A stretch of 44,170 bases of DNA, from the NCBI GenBank assembly GCA_000697335.1, contig JNEM01009168.1:1-44170 (forward strand), read 5' to 3'. Within the stretch, counting starts at the first letter, position 1. Each line of letters starts with the position of its first letter. Positions 1 to 13,193 of the stretch are shown here, in pieces. This DNA is from Conidiobolus incongruus B7586. Its lineage: Eukaryota. The position numbers and the translations under genes are program-made. The notes under the pieces are model-generated. The model saw nothing but the letters and a program-made list of their open reading frames with translations. It ran no database searches and had not been told where the DNA came from.

Positions 1-516
1 TATATAATTAATTTTTAAAATTTAAATTTAAATTTAATATAATAAATTATAATAATATAAATATTGTTAACAATATATATATCCTTAATGTTTATTTACA
101 AGGATCCCAAATAAATAATTACTTATTTTATAATTAATACTTAAATAACTAGAAATAATAAAATAAAAAGATTTGGTATTTTTATTTTCTTAAATACATA
201 ATATTAATTTAACTAATATTTATTATTAAATTATTTTGATTTAAATATTAATTTTAAATTAATTTAAAAAATTTTAATTTAGTACAAAATCTTTATCAAT
301 TAATATTTACTTTTAAAATAAATTAAATAAAACAAAATTTTATAAAAATTTTAAAATTATATTGAACTATAAAACTCTATTATTAATCAAAAATATACAT
401 ATTTCTAGCTGATTTATTATTATTATTATTATTACTGAAATTAATAAAGTAATAATAAAAAATACATCAAAAAAGATTAATTATGTTATAATATAATAAT
501 AATATTAATTTATTGA

Positions 517-1377
517 TTAAGCTTCAATGGTAGCAGTAACTTGAGTACCCTCAATTTCTTTCCCATTTAAAATATTAAGAGCTCTGTCAACTGAACCTTC
601 CAAAATACTGACTTTCCATTCGCCATTCTCGCTAGCTTCTAATCCAAATACGGGAAATTCTCTCTTCAATAAGGTTAATAATTGCTGGCGGTCGAGGTGG
701 TCAGGAACATTGGTCAATTTGAGTGTTGAAAGAGCTTGACGATTCTTTAGGACACGGAATGCAGGCATGTAGGTGTTGGCAGCTAAAGTGACACCAATAA
801 TACGGTTAAAGTGCTTTTCGTCGTGGAACTCTTTGATAGCTTTGGACATGTTGGAGGGATGAATGTCAATGAAGGCGATGTTAGAGCTGTTGGATTGGTC
901 CTTGTTGAGTAAGCGGACAGCGAGAACGGGAATCTTGGTACTGAAAAGAGAGTGTAATTGGTGTAAAGTAACTTCAGGAGGTAGGTTGTAAACCATAAGT
1001 GTGACGAGTTCTCCCTTTTGCTTCATGTCTTGGAGGACGGTACCAGTTTGACGCATGTTGGCCATCTTCACATTAATAAATCTATCGCTAACGAAACTTT
1101 TATCTAATTGAGAAATGGAAGTCTGGATATCAGCTTCATCAACATCGACGAATGCCATACCGGTGTATTCGCCTCTATCATTTTTATGAATTCTAATTGC
1201 TTTATGAGGAATTTGTTTTTCCGATAAAAGGGACTCGATCTGTTCGTGAGTGATATCAAGAGGCAAGTTTGTAATAGCTAAAGATTTAATAACTATATTT
1301 CTAAAAGGTTGGACCTGAGAAACTCTAGAGGAAATTCTGTTTAATAAAGAAGGGATGCGATTAGTTAATGAGATCAT
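517..1377 (-). CDS. RNA-binding protein with three RRM domains and a probable mitochondrial targeting peptide
   Basis: Intronless 286-aa ORF. RNP2/RNP1-like motifs LAITNLP...TGMAFVDV, LMVYNLP...IAFIDI and LKLTNVP. N-terminus is R/S/L-rich with no acidic residues. Confidence 0.8.
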   Translation of the reverse strand: MISLTNRIPSLLNRISSRVSQVQPFRNIVIKSLAITNLPLDITHEQIESLLSEKQIPHKAIRIHKNDRGEYTGMAFVDVDEADIQTSISQLDKSFVSDRFINVKMANMRQTGTVLQDMKQKGELVTLMVYNLPPEVTLHQLHSLFSTKIPVLAVRLLNKDQSNSSNIAFIDIHPSNMSKAIKEFHDEKHFNRIIGVTLAANTYMPAFRVLKNRQALSTLKLTNVPDHLDRQQLLTLLKREFPVFGLEASENGEWKVSILEGSVDRALNILNGKEIEGTQVTATIEA

Positions 1378-1567
1378 GATGAAAATTCAATTAACCAAAT
1401 TTAACAATTATAGCTTATATTCTGTATTGAATAAATAAATAAATTTTTATAGTTATTATATTGATTTTATATTAATCAAATATTATAAATATATTATATC
1501 TAAATTCGTGATAAATAAACAAAATTAGGATTACAAATTTTTATAGTTCATTAAAAGAAATAATAAA

Positions 1568-1577
1568 TTATGGGATT
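1568..1577 (-). promoter_or_regulatory. AATCCCATAA motif upstream of the RRM gene
   Basis: Exact 10-mer in sense orientation ~190 bp upstream of the ATG. Confidence 0.6.
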
Positions 1578-1647
1578 GAGATTAAATAATATTAATTAAA
1601 ATTTATTGAAACTTTATATAGAAAATTTCCAAAATTCAAACTTTTAA

Positions 1648-2889
1648 CTATTGAACGTATTTTTCTAAACAAGAGAGTAATGACAAATGATTTAAATCTT
1701 GTATTAAGCCCTTCACTCTATCTTCATTATTCACTAAGTTAAAATTAGGGGAGGGTGTTGATTTAATCCAATTAAAATCTTGAACTTGATCCCAAAGATT
1801 CTTATTTTTTAAATTGTTATAATGTTTCTAGGAATTAAAAGATGAATAAACTCAAATTAGTAAGAACTAATATTTATATTTTACCGTTGACTGGATCTTA
1901 TGATTTAATTCAGTTTGAGGATATGGCAAAAAATTTAATGATGAACAATCTTCAATAATGGGAACCGAAGTACAATGTAAATAAATTTGATTTTTTTGAC
2001 TATCATGAATTCGAAACTAAACAAAATGTAAATCAATATACCATAAAACTATTAATGTCTTATTAATAAACTTACTTGATGACATCCAACAATTAAAATA
2101 GAATTTTTTAAATTATAAATCAATACCGAATTAGGAATGGGAGGTAAAATTAAAATAGAATGACTCATATTTTTAATATGAACAGTACCAATAGACACAT
2201 TTGTATCAGATAAATCCAGTAAACAGTGATCAATATTTAATAACTCGATGGATCTATCGACGCCTTCAATATCAGAATATGCACTAATATTTAATTCTTG
2301 AGACTTTTGGTCTTTAATAATAATCGTATCTAATAGTAGTAAGAATTAATATTAATGAAAGTCAATGAGAATAGCATTATCCATACTTAATTTTTGCAAG
2401 TTATTTAAATCATTTGAACAAGGTCTTGAATGTGACTGAGCAGATTGAGTCGATTCAACTTGGGACTTTAACTGGGTTCGATTCTTAAATTGAAATTTTT
2501 TCTTAGGTTGTAAACTTGATTTTTTAGATTCTAATAATTTATATAATTCTTCAATTTGCTAAATTGAAAAAAATAAATATAAAATAATTTATTAAAAAAT
2601 TTTTTAATAATTACATTTTGAATAGATTTTTGATCATATTTAGATAATTGATCCCAATTAGGAGCTAAAAAAGATTGTAAATCATTTAAAGAAATAATAA
2701 TTCCTGAATGTTTATTATTTAATTCGTCATTCGAATTTAGTTCATTAATAGAATTAAAAATTTCTATACCAATATTAATTAAATATATTCAACTAATTAC
2801 GTTAGATATGTACCTTGCTTTTTAATGATAAAATCATCATAAATTTTTTTTAAAATATCAGTTCTACTATCTTGTTTATTAATTTCCAT
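1648..2889 (-). CDS. TBCC: Tubulin-specific chaperone C (TBCC/CIN2-like), 6 exons, missed by the ORF track
   Basis: Manual splicing: ATG at 2889; introns 2764-2813, 2559-2614, ~2331-2386, ~2018-2074, ~1828-1884; TAG at 1648-1650. Product has the TBCC motifs LSKYDQ, PKKKFQFK, GCHQ/FRIHDS, TSVPIIEDCS and NLWDQVQDFNWIK..SPNF. Confidence 0.9.
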
Positions 2890-2979
2890 TTTTCAGTTAG
2901 TATATTTTAAATATTGATCAATATTATAATAATGTCAAGAACCTATCAAATATTTAAAATCGAATTAATCAGATTATAA

Positions 2980-2989
2980 TTATGGGATT
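2980..2989 (-). promoter_or_regulatory. AATCCCATAA motif upstream of TBCC
   Basis: Exact 10-mer in sense orientation ~90 bp upstream of the ATG. Confidence 0.65.
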
Positions 2990-4084
2990 ATATAGTTAAT
3001 TCTATTCAATTTTATAAGTTATCCCTAATAATTTGAATATTTTGAAATTTGAAAAATTTTATTGAAATTTAAATTTTTTATTTAAATAATTCTTTAATCA
3101 ACAACATTAATTAAAAATTTGAAAATTTTATTAATTATGTTTATTATAACTATGTATTTATATATGATTATAGGGAACTCAGTATGAAAATAAAAATATT
3201 TTAGCTGATATTATAAAGAGATTAAAAAACTTGTTTTAACATTAATTGATAAAAAACCATAAATCAATCAATAATATAAAAATTTGAAATTAACAATTAT
3301 TCAAATATAATAGAAAAAATCATTAAAACTATATTATAATATTAAAATATTGTTCATTTTATATGAGTTTTAAATCAGATTATTGCTATTCTTAGTAAAA
3401 AGTTTGCACCAATTCTAAAATAGAAAATTAACCTAAATATTAGCATACAAAGTAATGGTAAGTTCAAAATACCTTATATAATGTATATACTTGATCTTCA
3501 AAAGAGCACCAAGTCTGATTTCTTATTATATATCACTAATGATTATCTAAGAAACTGTATGATATACTTGTTATTGAAATAATTAATAGAATTAATAATA
3601 TATTGCCTGATTGGTTAATGATTGAAAATCTTTAGACAATATCAAAAAAACATTGGATATAAAAGTATTTAAAATATAATTAACTTTTCATTTATATTTC
3701 TGAATCAACCAATGTATATTTAGTTATTTGATCTATCCAAGTATCATTATATTTAATATATATGTTTATTCTAAGTAGAAATTTTAGATCAACATATGTA
3801 GATAAATATTTGAAAATAGATAGTATTATTGTATTAGTTATATGTTTTATAAAATATACGAAAAATGATTTGAATTGACTGCGCAAATTTTCAGTCAATT
3901 ACATTAGACTTTAATTAGAAATTGAAGTAATATATTAAACGATTACATCATTAGTCATCAAACCAAGAAAAATTAATGATTAAATTGTAACAATATTTTA
4001 TGACTTGCTTTTTTATAACATATCTTTGTAATTATTTTATTGAGATATATTTATACTCATTTTTTTATAATCTTTAAAAATAGT

Positions 4085-4849
4085 ATGGAACATGAAAAAA
4101 ATAATTCAGGAAAAGAATTCGACGAATTATTGGTTAATTTAAATACAGATTTTAAACAACAAGAGAAAAATTTAAAGTCAGCTCATGAAGAACCAGAAAT
4201 AAATTTAAGAAATGAAGCTGAAAAGCACAGCCAAGATTTTGAACCTGAGCTTGTAGAACGAGAGCCGAATTTAGAACCAGCTATTGAAACACAGGTTGCA
4301 AATTTAGAAAATGGAGCTGAAAGACCTGATACCAACCGTGAACTAGTGCCAGAGCAACAAGACGTCGATTTAGAAGCAGAACCTCCCAAAAAGAAGACTA
4401 AATTAAAATCAACAATTGAAAAGGCTAAGCCCAACTGTGATATTACGAAAAAAGCGTTCATTGTGGCATTAAAAAGTCATGGAGGTTTATCGTCTTCAGA
4501 AATTTCAAAATTAACGGATATATCTGTTAGTCAAGTTAATAGAATATATAAAAGTGCTATTGATCGTGGGTTTGATCCCAACTCTGTCCCAACCAATTTG
4601 TGTAATGACCACCTCCAAGCTGACGCGAAATATGGTAGACCGAGTAAACAAACTGAATTGATCAAACAAGAAATTATGGCAATACTCGATCGAACAAAAA
4701 ATGGTAAACCGATAGGATCTAGAAAAATTCGTGACGAGCTTAAACTTAAGCAAATTTTTGTTTCTAAAGATACTGTATTAAGTATGCTAAAGCAGATTCG
4801 TCATTATATACCGAATACAATAAGTAAGAGTCAAAATCCATCCGAATAA
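4085..4849 (+). CDS. Protein derived from a Tc1/mariner (Ant1-like) transposase N-terminal HTH region; acidic N-terminus, NLS, no DDE domain
   Basis: ATG at 4085 (the track starts at an upstream TTG). Segment ALKSHGGLSSSEISKLTDISVSQVNRIYKSAIDRGFDPN...GRPSK...VSKDTV resembles the paired HTH and GRP linker of fungal Tc1-type transposases. The ORF stops before any catalytic domain. Confidence 0.7.
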   Translation: MEHEKNNSGKEFDELLVNLNTDFKQQEKNLKSAHEEPEINLRNEAEKHSQDFEPELVEREPNLEPAIETQVANLENGAERPDTNRELVPEQQDVDLEAEPPKKKTKLKSTIEKAKPNCDITKKAFIVALKSHGGLSSSEISKLTDISVSQVNRIYKSAIDRGFDPNSVPTNLCNDHLQADAKYGRPSKQTELIKQEIMAILDRTKNGKPIGSRKIRDELKLKQIFVSKDTVLSMLKQIRHYIPNTISKSQNPSE

Positions 4850-6696
4850 AAAACTTGTTAAAACACCTCTATTTATAGCTTGGGCCTTATAATAATCGTT
4901 TAGTAGAGATGATTATAATATTTAATTAAATCTAACCAGGTGTTATCAGGATTTATATAGTATTATTAAAGAAATATCGTATTATCACATTTAAACAATA
5001 TATTTATTTGGTGATGAAAAAAATTTTTGAACAACTTTGAGACGGTGTAATTTCATGCTGAGACAAGGTATCAACATCAATTTTCATATACAAAGCCTGT
5101 GCTTTATTTACAAATTCAAAATAAAATATAAATTTCATAAATGAGCTTCACAACCCTTAATTCAAAACATACATTGTATTGAATTACTGAATTATTGATA
5201 AATTTGGTCGTCTTTTATCAAAATTTGTTAATTTTTAAATAAACCTACTAGTAAAATTCATAATGATTTGATCAAAATATTTGGAAAACTCTTTCTGTTT
5301 GTATTAGTTAATATAGAATAAATAAATTTAGTAAAGGGATATGATTTATTAAAGCCAAGTCTAGAATTAGTCCTTCGAAGTCAATTACTATCAAAAAATA
5401 TATTAAGAGTCCAAAGGCATAAACAAGGAATTCTTATTTATTACCAAAAATATATCTAGGGAATTATGTAATAATTATTGACCTATTTGTTTTATAATGA
5501 AATAAATTCAAGATTGAACAAATTTTAAATTGACACCCTCTATATTATGGATTATTAAAAAAACAATAGTAAGTATAACAATTAATATAAGGCAGATCCT
5601 AGGCTATTAAAATAAATTATTATTGATAAACTTTAGTATCAATGATATATGCCATTTCCTTATCAGAAATCTAATGTATGGTTTAAACTAAAATATCCAG
5701 TCCTAATTACTATTAAACCCAAAAGATTCCAAAAGACTTTTAATGATTGATATAGATTTTTAAATAATTTGCTTCAAACCAATAATACTATAAGAAATCA
5801 CCATAAAATAATATGATATATAATAAATTTTTAAAGAAAAAAAATACAAGGTATTTATTTTGCCAGTTTCAAAAACCTCCAATTATTCAAGGTAATAATA
5901 AATCTTATAAAAAATACTATCAAAAACCTTATTAAATCAAAAAGTTGGTTTTATTGCCACACCCATTATATTACCAAAATATGAGCTATTATGATTTCAA
6001 GGATTTTAAACTTTGAAAAGACATCTATGCAGCAAAATAATTTCAAAATTTTAAAGATATTGAAGCAAAATTGAATTAGGTAATTAAGCTAATTAACAAG
6101 GGGATTTTAATGTGATTAGACAACTTGTAAAAGTTTAGAAATATATTATATCAATTAAAGGAAATTGCTAAATGTATAATATAGATTTTCTCATTGATAT
6201 TTATTAAATCGCATTGAAATATAATTTGAAAATTTTTATAAGTAACTTCAAATCAAATTAATTAACACTAACATTTTAATTTATGATGAATATCATCTTT
6301 CAAATCGAATTATTACTTTCTTAGACAAAGTTTCATTCCTCAAAAAATCGCAGTAAATATTCATATTTGAATAATTATTGTAACTTGTTAAACTGTAACT
6401 GATATTTGGAATTATTCATAGAGCATCATGAAATCCCATATACGAAAGAATATTGATAATATTACATTCAAATGAATCTAATATTTTTACTTGATATAAA
6501 TATTCGAATACATATATCATATGAAATAAATGGACAATTTTTAATCTATTAATTAAAATCTGATTCAATAAAAATATCACTAAGATATATTCAATTCTGC
6601 GCTTATTTTATAATCTTAAGCATCCAATTATCTTTATAAATCTGTTTAATTCCTCATTTCTTAAAGCATCTAAAATATGACATCATAAACTTAAAA

Positions 6697-6706
6697 ATTC
6701 CCATAA
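6697..6706 (+). promoter_or_regulatory. ATTCCCATAA (1 mismatch) upstream of FIS1
   Basis: Motif is on the + strand ~130 bp upstream of a + strand gene; a second copy, AATCCCATA, lies at 6432-6440. Confidence 0.5.
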
Positions 6707-6834
6707 ATATAATTTCAGGTTTAATATATAACGAATATTTCATCCAAGTCACCCATTGAATGAAATTAATCAAACCCTATTAATAAATCAATTGTTCCAT
6801 TTTAAATAGTAGTATATTAAATTTTTTTTAAAAA

Positions 6835-7417
6835 ATGACAAATAAAGATAGTTTACCCTACGTTGCGGAAGTGGAAGTTGCTTTAACTGATGCCGAACTA
6901 CAGACTTTAAAAAATCAATATAATGCCGAATTGCCAGAGCCTTCAGTACAAACTAAATTTAATTATGCTTGGGGTATGATTCGATCTTCTAAAAGATCCG
7001 AACAGCAGAAAGGTATCGCCCTTTTGGGAGGTATATATTTTTTAACAGATAAATATTTAGTAAATATATTAAATTTAGCTATTCTTTGTTACTAGACATT
7101 TACAGAGACCACCAAACTAGAAGACGAGAATGTTTATACTACCTTGCATTAGGTCACTTGAAATTAGGAAATTATGGTGATTCTAAAAGAATTATTGAAT
7201 TATTCCTGAAAGAGGAACCCAAAAATATTCAAGCCTTAGCTTTATTAGATTTAATTGATCGTAGAGTTGCTGCAGGTAACTAGTAAAATATGTTTTAAAC
7301 AATTACATATAATTAATGTAGAATTTTATAGATGGATTTAGAGGTCTAATGATTGTTGGAGGAGCTACTGCTGCTCTTATCGCAGGAGTTGCCATGATGT
7401 TTAGAAGACGAGATTAA
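6835..7417 (+). CDS. FIS1: Mitochondrial fission protein Fis1 (3 exons: 6835-7030, 7096-7275, 7332-7417)
   Basis: QTKFNYAWGMIRS, RRECLYYLALGHLKLGNY, EPKNIQA and a C-terminal TM followed by RRRD. GT-AG introns 7031-7095 and 7276-7331 keep the frame. Confidence 0.95.
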
Positions 7418-7799
7418 TTTTCAATAAATTACCAATTGTATTTTTAATAGCTAAAATTATTTGAACTGTGATATTACTATTCTGGAGTTTTTTCTATTTT
7501 CATTAGTATATTAATATTGAACAAGTAGATATTTTTATAATTCATAATTACTTATATTGTATTTTTTATATGAAATTTACTTTAAAAATTTTTATTTATT
7601 ATAAAATAGTTTGTAATCAGTATTATAAATGAATCATATTCTATATAGAATACTAATGATAGAACACTGATTTATTTAACAAAGTCAAAAAATAAGCTTA
7701 ATAATGAATATTATCTAAAAAATTCAAATATGCAAATATTAAACCTTATATCCAATAATGAATCAAAAATTTTATTATACAACAGTAAAAAAGGAAGAA

Positions 7800-10700
7800 T
7801 TAAATGTAATCTCCATTCATTTTACCTCTTCTTCTATTTAACGATTTAGAATTGAAATTTGGCTTCATTATAGACTTGCCAATAAAGGAATCAGGAGTGA
7901 AGAAGAACGTTTTGGCATCAGTTGTGTTATTAATACTATTATGTAAATTTATAGATGCAGCACTGGGAGAAGGAGAAGGAGGAGGAGGAGGGATATAAGT
8001 ATGATTTTTATCGATGGGTCTATCTACTATCAGTTCTGATGTAACAGGAGATGAAGATGGACTAGTAGTACTACTTGGTTTAGTCGAGGTCGAGAAATTT
8101 GGAGATTTTTTAGCTTTCACATATTTAGATTCGCTTTTTGGGATAGTATTTTTCGTACTGTTTTTTGATGAGTGACTTGCAGTCAGCTCTTTAATTTGTT
8201 TCGAATCGGTACAATTTTGCTTTTTCAAATACAAAATTTGATCTTTTGACCATTCAGCAGACGTTGGAGCCTCAACAAAAGTTGGAAAGGGAGTCAGTTT
8301 AATGTGTTTAGGAATTTCACATTGGGATCGGCCACCTTCTAATTTATCAGTGTTTAGTTTTTCAACCAACTGATATATATTAACACTCTCTCCATGAGCT
8401 ATTGGGTGAGGATTTGACGGCGTAACACAATCCAAATCAACTTCTTTTCTCAGTACATGATCTATATCTACTTGAGAAAAGAAGGCAACCGATTGTGGTA
8501 AATTAGTGAAGCCAAGGCGATAACTAAATAATGCACGTGTCCAAAGATTGGCAATCTGAAGTGCCATCGCTGCTCTATAACAGTCGCTCTCTTTGACTAG
8601 ATATCTAACTTCATCATGTACAGAGAGCATGAATCTAGCATCAATATCATATTTTGTAATTAAATAATCCATAGAGACCAGCAACAAGTGTAAATAATCA
8701 ACACCACTGGACTGTACAACCCAGTTTACTCTACTAGTCATATACTGTTCATTAACACACTCAGGCCTTAAGGTATTTGGAATTCCACAATGGAGAATGG
8801 GGGTTCTTGGATCGTTCGACTTGGCAATTGATTCCAATTTGTTGAACATAAAACTTTCGCTGCCTCCATACCAAAAATTCTTATCTGGACGACTCTTAGG
8901 TCCATAATTTTGAGTACCCTTAGTTTCTTGATAAAGTTGCTTTGCCTTCGCCTTCGCTTCCTCTTGCGTCATACTAGGGTTAAATTGGAGTAGGAGCTGG
9001 ACTGCAAACTTGACGCCGGCACCGTAAATTCTTCCGTAGTTAAATACTTTGGCATTGTTTCTGCTAATACCCAGGATATTGGCGGTTTTTGAATGTAGGT
9101 CTGTGCCTTCGCTCTTTGTTCCTTGCAAATTCATCCATCCGAATGCAGTTGCGCCATGATCCCGGAATTGCGAATCACCGATCAAACTAGAAATCCATAA
9201 TTCCTCGGAATCAACGTCAGCCCCAACGATTTTGTATCCAGGAGGAGCCACTACAAGACTTTTGAGCTCAGAACCAATACGATTTTTCTTGGCATTACTG
9301 GCGGTCATCCAAGTAGCTTCAACAGCTCGACGAGTGACTGTTCCCATTGTAGCAATCTGAGGGATGATCATACCATAATGAGAATGTGACTTTCCTTCTT
9401 CATGGTCAATACCCATCAAATTAGGCTGTGTTTGCCAAGATACAAATTGGGATTTGACGCGATCTCGAGCAGAAATCCAATAAGCACACATCGCATTCAT
9501 TTGTAATGCTTGTTGAGCGAGATCATATTCACTAGACATGGTACCATCTTCAAAAGAACTTATATATCCTTTGGCAAGTGGATTTCCTACATTATGCTCA
9601 TCACCATCTTTATGAGGGATTTTGAAGAAACAGAGCGTACTAGAATTTTCAGTAGGATATTCTTCATAGTGCTTCTGCTCGGGATCTGTGACGAAGATAA
9701 GCGGATTGGATGGAATTTTAGAAGATTCTTCACCCCTTGGTACTGCATAAGTCCACCCATGCTTCGAAGAATAATAGACAGGATATCCTTGCCATTTGAG
9801 TTTCAGGAGATAAGGTGCGATTCTACTTCTTGTGGTAATTCGAATTCTCTTCTCTTGAGGAACATATAAAGATCTATACCATTCGGGATAGCCTGGAAGC
9901 GTCTGTCTTGAGTGAGGTCTTGGCTCCCCATTTTTAGCATAAGTACCGTCTTTTTTATATTTTGGCTTTGTCATTCTTAAAGGAGGCACCGTCCAGTCTA
10001 AATGGCATAGCCACGGATCATCCTTTGGATTGGGATGTTTTAAAGCCTGCTCAGCTAATTCAAGTAGTTTATTTTCAACATTGACTAGCATATCATTATA
10101 ACATTTTTCGGCGCTTTCAATATACTTCTCCCAGTCTCTCGTAACTGGTAAAAATGCTTTTCCCATAATACACATACCGGCAAAAGATACTGGATGCGGA
10201 CATTTATCTAGAAATAGATCCAAGATTTCCTTATATACTTGGTGCGTCACTTGGACATCAGTAGCACAGTAATCCATTAAGGTCTGAAATTGGTCTAATA
10301 CATCCTGACGTGTACCTTCAATAAACACATCACGGGCATCTTTTTCCATTTCAATGCCACAGTACAGCTTAGCGACTTCTTGAAGGCTGTTAACTGTGCC
10401 AAAGTAAGCAATCTTGCTAATTGAACTGATATCTGATGATTCAAGAGAATCAAGTTTATCATCCCTAAGCGCTCTATGATATTGAAGATATTTATTCCTT
10501 TGAATGCTACTCAATCCACCAACAGCGACATGTAAGCTCAGGGTATCTAAAAATACATTTTTCGAATTTTTGAGATGATACTCGGTTTGAATTCGCGAAC
10601 GGTCAAAACTAGCAAAATGTGCTACAATCACTCTCTCAGTTTCAGAATCCCAAGGAATCAGCTGATTACGATCCTGAGTAGGATCGATCAAGTATGGTGA

Positions 10701-11566
10701 GACCCATGAATACCAATAATTTTCAGAAGCAGCAGTAGCTAAAACTGGGACACCTCCATCTTGCGCTAAGCATTCGACATCAAAAACAACCGTCTTATCA
10801 GGTGGAAAGGAAATGGACTTAGTTTCTCCTGTCTTGGGGCAATATCTTGTCCAACCTGGGGTCATAGCCCATTTCTTAGGAAACACTGACGGAATATTGA
10901 CGGAGCTGAATTTCTTTGCTAAGGTGATATAGGGTTCCGAAGACAATTGACCTAGTCTATAAAAATGTTTACTAATATCAGAATCCACCAATTCAGGAAA
11001 TTCAAAATTCACATTTGGAGCATTGTCGGAGGTCTTTTTGCCATAAATATTTTGATGCGTTAAGTGGTCAATAGCTATTTGTGTGATTTCTTTAGGAATC
11101 GGCTTTGATTCAATTGAACCAAATATCTTCTTTTTAAGATTATTTTCGAGTAATTTAATACCAAAAGGGTTAACTACATTGAGAATGAAATTAATATTTT
11201 TCTATTTAAAAAAATATTAAAACTACCTTCATTTTCTTCAATTTTATTTAAAGCTTCTTTTTTGGTATTATTGTTATCATTATTATTATTTTGTACGATA
11301 TTTTCGCCATTTCTAGAATCTTTACTCGATAGCTTAACCGATTCATATTGATTTTTTTGTGAAATAACTGTATTTGTATGATAAGAATTAAAGCATTGGG
11401 AATTAACAGATATGATACGTTTGGATAAAGGGATATAATGGGGGTAAACTGAATATGCAGAAAGCTTTGAATTATACGAACGATAATATAAACAATATCG
11501 TAGCGTTAAAAGCGTATTATTAGGAATATTATTAGTGTAAAATGTTGAAATTCTATTGATCCCCAT
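7800..11566 (-). CDS. MIP1: Mitochondrial DNA polymerase gamma (2 exons: 11566-11227, 11173-7800)
   Basis: Exo I VVFDVE, Exo II HFASFDRSRI, Pol A VGADVDSEELWI, Pol B RNNAKVFNYGRIYGAG, Pol C SVHDEVRY. Intron 11174-11226 joins a presequence-like exon to VNPFGIKLL. Confidence 0.95.
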
Positions 11567-11745
11567 TAAATTATATCTATCAAAATAAATAAAAATTTGG
11601 TATAGTAATAGAAATGATTTTATAAAACTATAATATAATGACTGATTTGTTGGTCATTTATAATATTAAATTCTTAGACTTTACAAAGTTTATTGTTTCA
11701 AGCTCGATCCCTGTTCAATTTTTGATTCAAAAAATTGCAAAATAT

Positions 11746-11755
11746 TTATGGGATT
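11746..11755 (-). promoter_or_regulatory. AATCCCATAA motif upstream of MIP1
   Basis: Exact 10-mer in sense orientation ~180 bp upstream of the ATG. Confidence 0.65.
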
Positions 11756-12877
11756 ACCCAAAATAGTTTTTTTTATTAATCAATTCATAAAAAATCATCA
11801 AACACTAAAATATGTTAGATTGAGGAATCTATTATATTAATCCAAGCTCAATTAATAAATTTATCAAAATTGATAACATATAAGAAAATTTGGATATATA
11901 TTAAATTTAATAAATTGATAAATATTTATTAAATTTTAGGCTAAAAACTAGTTTATTAATAATACTATGATCATACTAGTAATTTTATTCATTAGTAATA
12001 AAATGATCTAGTTAGACACAAGGATAAATATTCATCAATAAATTATGACTATTAAAATACTTCGATTTCGAATATGTATTATTAATGAGCTAAAATGAAG
12101 ATGATAAATGCTAGATAACTGTAAATGGTGAAAAGATATAAAAAATAGTAGTCAATATGAATAAAATTGATGTTTATATTGCTTCATTTGATTGTATAAA
12201 ATAGAAACTAATAATCATTAATACTTGAATATTGTCAAAGAAAATAGAAGTGCGATACAACACTAAGAGAGGAACAGTTAATATGTGATATCTAAGTTAA
12301 GTAATATATTTTAAAATGATATCAGAATCATAGGAAACGACACCATAAGTGGTCATACCGTTCAAAACCCTGAAATGACTGGACTGAAGGGATAATACCC
12401 TAAAAAATATATACTAGATTATGGATTTAGTAAAAAAGATTAAAATAAAAGTTAGAAAGTGGCAAATTAATTCCGAAAGAGATACAAAAATAGCAATCAA
12501 ATGGATATAAAAAAATCTTTAAAATTTGAATGCGTTTTAAATAGTAAAGATTTTGAATTTAAATAGATCCGTAATTAGATAATTTGAAGCGGATAGATAT
12601 TGATAAGATTGAATAGATTCAAGATCAATCTAAGGATCATAATATCTAGAATAATGTGGTGGAATTTGAAAAATTGGCAAGTTTTAGGATTTCATTTTAA
12701 GGTCCATATATAAACCTAGGAGAAATTTCAAACACTAAGAAACTAAAATAAAAATAAGATCAAAACAATCAGTTGGATAAAGAATATAATACTATTTGAT
12801 TTACAAAGCAAACTCAAACCACAACTTTATAATTTGAATCCAAAGTTTTAGAGGTTTCGATCAAAGAAGGAAGGAGT

Positions 12878-13075
12878 TTAGGGCTTGTCTTGAGAGGGGG
12901 CAGGGTTCATACGTCTCTTTCCGTTGGTGAGAGTAACGTTGACGAAACGACGGAGGTACAACATTCTCTTCTTAGCACGACCACGAGGGGTTTTGGGCTT
13001 TTCTTGCTTGGCAACCTTGGGGGTTTGAGACTTGACTTTACCAGCACGAGCGAGAGAACCGTGAACTTTACCCAT
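12878..13075 (-). CDS. RPS30: 40S ribosomal protein eS30 (fungal type, no ubiquitin-like fusion)
   Basis: [21 protein letters not shown]...RRFVNVT is the canonical S30 sequence. Confidence 0.97.
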   Translation of the reverse strand: MGKVHGSLARAGKVKSQTPKVAKQEKPKTPRGRAKKRMLYLRRFVNVTLTNGKRRMNPAPSQDKP

Positions 13076-13183
13076 TTTAATATAACAAGTATAAAGTTAT
13101 TATTAAACGAACTTTATAGTAAGAGGAATTTTTCTTTCTTATTAACAAAATTTTAATAATATTTCATATCCCATTTTTTCAAG

Positions 13184-13193
13184 TTATGGGATT
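13184..13193 (-). promoter_or_regulatory. AATCCCATAA motif upstream of RPS30
   Basis: Exact 10-mer in sense orientation ~110 bp upstream of the ATG. Confidence 0.65.

Noticed and set aside
9510..9869. Antisense or alternate-frame ORFs (also 4183-4461, 4511-4753, 12890-13156, 19023-19256, 19626-19847, 30671-30880, 31250-31480, 33653-33961, 33984-34220, 35247-35528, 38794-38992)
   Set aside because: They are shadows of well-supported genes with no recognisable motifs.
7800..11012. ORF-track start of the polymerase at 11012 and a separate 130-aa ORF at 11174-11566
   Set aside because: Both belong to one gene joined by intron 11174-11226; the track start is a non-ATG codon.
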